64,000 nucleotides of DNA from Myxococcota bacterium (lineage in GTDB: Bacteria; Myxococcota_A; UBA9160; UBA4427): NCBI GenBank assembly GCA_965250285.1, contig OZ252299.1, positions 5,632,001 to 5,696,000 on the forward strand, in the 5' to 3' direction. The notes beneath the pieces were generated by a model. It was not told the DNA's origin, made no database searches, and worked only from the letters and a program-made list of their open reading frames with translations. Made by a program: the position numbers and the translations under genes. This document shows, one piece after another, positions 59,705-64,000 of this stretch (position 1 is its first letter; each line of letters begins with the position of its first letter).

Positions 59705-60658
59705 GTGAGTTCCGAAGCCGGGCCCGGGGCCGGACGCTGCGCCCCGTCGAGCACCGGTCCCGCTCATCCGGGCACGATGCTCGCTGCGCTGCTCGCCTGG
59801 CTCGATGCACGGAGTCGCGGCGACGCGATCCATCTGCGCCTCGAAGACCTCGACCCCGATCGCTGCAAGCCCGAGTACGCCGACCATCTTCTCGAAGCCT
59901 TCGCGTGGATGGGTCTCGAGTTCGATGGGGTGCGGCGGCAGAGCGAGTCGGCCCCGCTGCACGAGGCGGCCCTCGACCGGCTGGCGGCGATGGGGCGGCT
60001 CTACCCGTGCCGCTGCTCACGTTCAGAGCTGCGCCGCTCGGCCGACCGCGCCGCCGACGGCAGCTTCATCTATCCCGGCACGTGTCGCGGGCGGGCTCTG
60101 CCGACCCTCGAGTCGGGCGGCTGGCGCAGCGTCGACGAGCCGCTTCGTGTCGCGCTGCCGCCGGGCCGAATCGAGCCGGTCGATGAAGGCGGCCGTGATC
60201 TCGCCGCCGACCCGAGTGTCGGGTACGGCGATCCGATCGTGCGGCGACGCGACGGGGCCGTGGCCTACCAGCTCGCCGGGGTCGTCGACGACGCGGCGCT
60301 CGGGGTGACGCGCGTCGTCCGGGGGCACGACCTCGCTGCGAGCACGGCGACGCAGTGCGCGATCGCGTCGCTCCTCGATCTCGAGTGGCCGGTCTATCGA
60401 CACCATCTGCTGTTGCTCGAGCCGCACGGCGGCAAGCTCGCCAAGCTGCACGGCTCGGTCGGCTTCGACGCCGTGCGCGCGCACATGGACGGCGAGACCC
60501 TCGTCGGTCTGCTCGCCCACGCGCTCGGTCTGCTCGACCGCGCCGAGCCGGTGACGCCCGTATCTCTCGTCGATGCCTTCGACTGGGCGCGCGTGCGTCG
60601 CGAAGACCGCGCTGCAGTCTGGGATGCCGAGCGCGGGGTGCTCTCGTTCGGGGCCTAG
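59705..60658 (+). CDS. gluQ: Glutamyl-Q tRNA(Asp) synthetase-like protein (GluRS catalytic domain only)
   Basis: GRCAPSSTGPAHPGT, LRLEDLDPDR, YPCRCSR..YPGTCR, YQLAGVVDD, VVRGHDL and KLAK. No anticodon domain. AGGAGG RBS. Confidence 0.8.
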   Translation: MSSEAGPGAGRCAPSSTGPAHPGTMLAALLAWLDARSRGDAIHLRLEDLDPDRCKPEYADHLLEAFAWMGLEFDGVRRQSESAPLHEAALDRLAAMGRLYPCRCSRSELRRSADRAADGSFIYPGTCRGRALPTLESGGWRSVDEPLRVALPPGRIEPVDEGGRDLAADPSVGYGDPIVRRRDGAVAYQLAGVVDDAALGVTRVVRGHDLAASTATQCAIASLLDLEWPVYRHHLLLLEPHGGKLAKLHGSVGFDAVRAHMDGETLVGLLAHALGLLDRAEPVTPVSLVDAFDWARVRREDRAAVWDAERGVLSFGA

Positions 60659-60685
60659 CGCGCGTCGTGCGGGCCCCGTGGCACC

Positions 60686-61039
60686 TCAGAGATAGCCGGT
60701 GACGTGTCCGCCGACGGCGAACGTCGCGCTCACCGCCCAGAGAACGATGACCGACCAACCGGCTGCGCCGAGGCGGCCATTGTTGCGGCGCGCGCGCACG
60801 ACCCACTCGGTCGTCATCATGGCCAGCAGGACCATCGCGATGATCGCGGTCGGTTTTCGATCGCGCACGGCGAGCAGCAGGCCCCAACCGATCATCGCCG
60901 ACAGGCCGATGAGGACGGACAGGACGGTCGGGCGCAGGCCCTCGTCTTCGACGACGGGCCGGAAGTAGCGTTCGAGCTTGCTCTCTTGAGCGTCGGCCGG
61001 GGGATCGCCAATCGGTTCGCTTCGATTCGGATCGTTCAT
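60686..61039 (-). CDS. Small hypothetical membrane protein (3 TM)
   Basis: 117 aa with three hydrophobic segments, co-oriented behind the dioxygenase gene. Confidence 0.65.
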   Translation of the reverse strand: MNDPNRSEPIGDPPADAQESKLERYFRPVVEDEGLRPTVLSVLIGLSAMIGWGLLLAVRDRKPTAIIAMVLLAMMTTEWVVRARRNNGRLGAAGWSVIVLWAVSATFAVGGHVTGYL

Positions 61040-61152
61040 GGGCGAGGGGGGACTCCCGATGGGCGCAGGTCACATGATCGCGCACGCGGGGCCTGCCTGC
61101 GACGCAACGGAACGCACGTGAATCTGGACAACGAGTCGCGTGGGCGAAGCGC

Positions 61153-61977
61153 TCAGGCGTCGGGCGGTGCACCGCCGACCAGGATCGGAAACTGTCGATC
61201 CGGCGCGTCGCAGACCTCGCCCGGGCCTTCGGAGCCATCGGGAGGGAGCACGCGCGCGCCATCGGGGGCGTACTGCACGATGTACGCCTTTCGGACACCG
61301 TCCGTGAGGTTCGGACCCGTCGCGTGCGGTGTCAGCGACGAGAAGACGACGATGCCGCCCTTGCGAACCGGGGCGGCGACCGACCGCTGCGCGTCGTCGT
61401 CGACGCAGACGAACCCGAGCGGCCCGAGCTCATGGGCCAGCGTGCCGCGCCGGTGCAGCCCGGGCATGACATGGGGGCAGCCGTTGTCTTCGTCGGCGTC
61501 GGTGAGGGCGACCCAGCACGTCAGGTACTGCTGGGGCTCGACGTACGTGTAGCCGTTGTCCTGATGCCACGGGAAGGGCTCGCGTGCGCCCGGCTTCTTG
61601 TACACCGCTTGATCCCAGTACAGGCGGACATCCGGCCCGATCAGGTCGTGGGCGAGTTCGCGAAACACCGGGCCCGAGACGAAGCTGCGCAGCAGCGGCG
61701 ACTTCGCCACGAGATGGGTGCTGAACGTGATCTCACCCGAGCGGGCGATGAAGAGGCGTCCCTCTTTCTGGGTCTTCAGAAATGCCTCGACCTTCTCTTC
61801 CCACGGATCGATCTCGGCGGTCACCGCGTCGATCTCGCTCGCGTCGAAGGCGTCCTCGAGCACGAAGTAGCCGTGCTCGGTCCAGCTGCGGGCCTGCGCG
61901 TCGGTGATGCGTCGATAGGGCGCCACCGGCGCGTGCCACTCGAACGATGCGTTGCGGGGATGCGGGGTCGGCTGCAT
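61153..61977 (-). CDS. Phytanoyl-CoA dioxygenase (PhyH) family protein
   Basis: GYFVLE, WHQD, WVAL...ENGC, SSLTPH and PNLTDGVR. Confidence 0.92.
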   Translation of the reverse strand: MQPTPHPRNASFEWHAPVAPYRRITDAQARSWTEHGYFVLEDAFDASEIDAVTAEIDPWEEKVEAFLKTQKEGRLFIARSGEITFSTHLVAKSPLLRSFVSGPVFRELAHDLIGPDVRLYWDQAVYKKPGAREPFPWHQDNGYTYVEPQQYLTCWVALTDADEDNGCPHVMPGLHRRGTLAHELGPLGFVCVDDDAQRSVAAPVRKGGIVVFSSLTPHATGPNLTDGVRKAYIVQYAPDGARVLPPDGSEGPGEVCDAPDRQFPILVGGAPPDA

Positions 61978-62145
61978 GACGCAGCCGATGGTAGGCCGCC
62001 GCCCTCGCCGAGGCCCGCGCGCGATCGGCCTGCGCATGGGCTGCCGCGGCGTTGCGCGTCATGCGCGACCGGCGGGTCGGCCGCGCGACGCCTGGCTGTG
62101 TGACTCAAGGCACTCGAGCGCGATTCCGATGCGCTGACGTGAACG

Positions 62146-63009
62146 ATGTCGTTCCCCAGCGAGGACGCTCCGCCCATGTCCGAACACGGCGCGCTCAGCG
62201 AGAAGGACGTCGTGGCCCGCATCAATCGGTACTCCGGCCTGCGCTCGGTCGAGCGCGCGCTGAGTCCGTCGGTGCGCCGTCGTCTGCCGCTGGCCCAGGC
62301 GGGCCAACGTCACGACGTGCTGGTTCGGCTCCAGCGTCTGCTCGACGCCGTGCTGTCGAAGGGCGCCCGCACCGAGGGGGCCGTCGATCTCGAGGCCCTG
62401 TACGCGGTCGATGCCGAGCTCACGGCGCTGGGCGAGCACCTGGCCGCGACGCTGCGCCGAACGACGCTCGCCCAGTTTCGCGCCACGCTCCCCGACGTGG
62501 TGCAGGCCCACCGCGGCGACGCGGTCGCGCTGCTCGACTTCTGGCTCGAGGAGATGCGGCTCGACGAAGATCCGCTTCACCTCGTCGACTATCTGATCAC
62601 GCTGCTCTCGACCGACGAGGTCGATGGGCAGTTCACGGTCGTGACCGACCCGGCCGCGGTGAGCGAAGGCGTTCACCGGGCCGTCGAAGACCATCGGGCC
62701 GACGCTGCACCCCCCGAGGCCAAGCGCGCCCAGGACGTGGCCTCGACGTTACGAGCGGCGTCGATCGACGTGCTGCACGCCGAAGAACTCGAGACGATCG
62801 TGACCGAGATGCGCGCGCTGAAGTCGGATGCGGCGAGCGTCTACTTCGACGTCGACGTGCTGCGAAGCGCCGTGCAGTACAACGCGACGGTCAAGAACCG
62901 CTTCGTCGCGTTGCTCGAGATCGACCGTGCGCACGACGTCGCGGTCGAGCGCACGCTCGAGGCGCTGCGCGCCCTCGACGGCCCGCTCGAAGATCCCGCC
63001 ACCGACTGA
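62146..63009 (+). CDS. Hypothetical alpha-helical protein
   Basis: 287-aa ORF with coding-like codon usage filling the gap. No family recognised. Confidence 0.65.
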   Translation: MSFPSEDAPPMSEHGALSEKDVVARINRYSGLRSVERALSPSVRRRLPLAQAGQRHDVLVRLQRLLDAVLSKGARTEGAVDLEALYAVDAELTALGEHLAATLRRTTLAQFRATLPDVVQAHRGDAVALLDFWLEEMRLDEDPLHLVDYLITLLSTDEVDGQFTVVTDPAAVSEGVHRAVEDHRADAAPPEAKRAQDVASTLRAASIDVLHAEELETIVTEMRALKSDAASVYFDVDVLRSAVQYNATVKNRFVALLEIDRAHDVAVERTLEALRALDGPLEDPATD

Positions 63010-63142
63010 AGAACCGCGCGCAGCTGCCGTCGATTCGCAACCCGGGCCCACGAACGCAAACGCGCCGACCGACCCGAAGGTCGATCGGCGCGTTCTTGGC
63101 GCTCGCAATCGGTTCGCCGCCCAGATCAGGGCAGCCGCGACC

Positions 63143-64000
<858 letters not shown>

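Overview
GC-rich (about 70% by eye) bacterial chromosome segment. Gene content (many TPR lipoproteins, PEP-CTERM proteins, DUF4388-J-TPR, tandem PilT) suggests Myxococcota or a related deltaproteobacterial lineage; this is inference only. About 50 genes can be supported. From 1 to 21 kb is a cell-surface locus: a fused MFS/spermidine synthase (partial), two large TPR lipoproteins, two tandem paralogous PEP-CTERM proteins behind a 1-kb A-rich leader with a sigma54-like motif, a sulfatase-family enzyme, ddl, larE and three GT-C-like membrane proteins. Housekeeping genes follow: DEAD-box helicase, gatCAB, ilvE, yhbY, mazG, FKBP, uvrA, MscS, gluQ-like and partial ahcY. From 33 to 39.6 kb lie a circularly permuted ATP-grasp/alpha-E/transglutaminase operon, a TSP3-dockerin-like secreted protein, a BNR propeller plus MoaD/ThiS pair and a cohesin-like PEP-CTERM protein. 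Two PilT ATPases follow, one with an MshEN-like N-terminus. The most notable observations are a 62-aa Bd0055-type bacterial histone hidden in the 3' part of a longer predicted ORF (56410-56598, minus), a possible PEP-CTERM-anchored cohesin/dockerin display pair, and the MshEN-PilT fusion. No rRNA, tRNA, CRISPR array, transposase or integrase was recognised. All calls rest on motif recognition by eye; start codons were chosen from RBS and homology logic and were not verified by database search.
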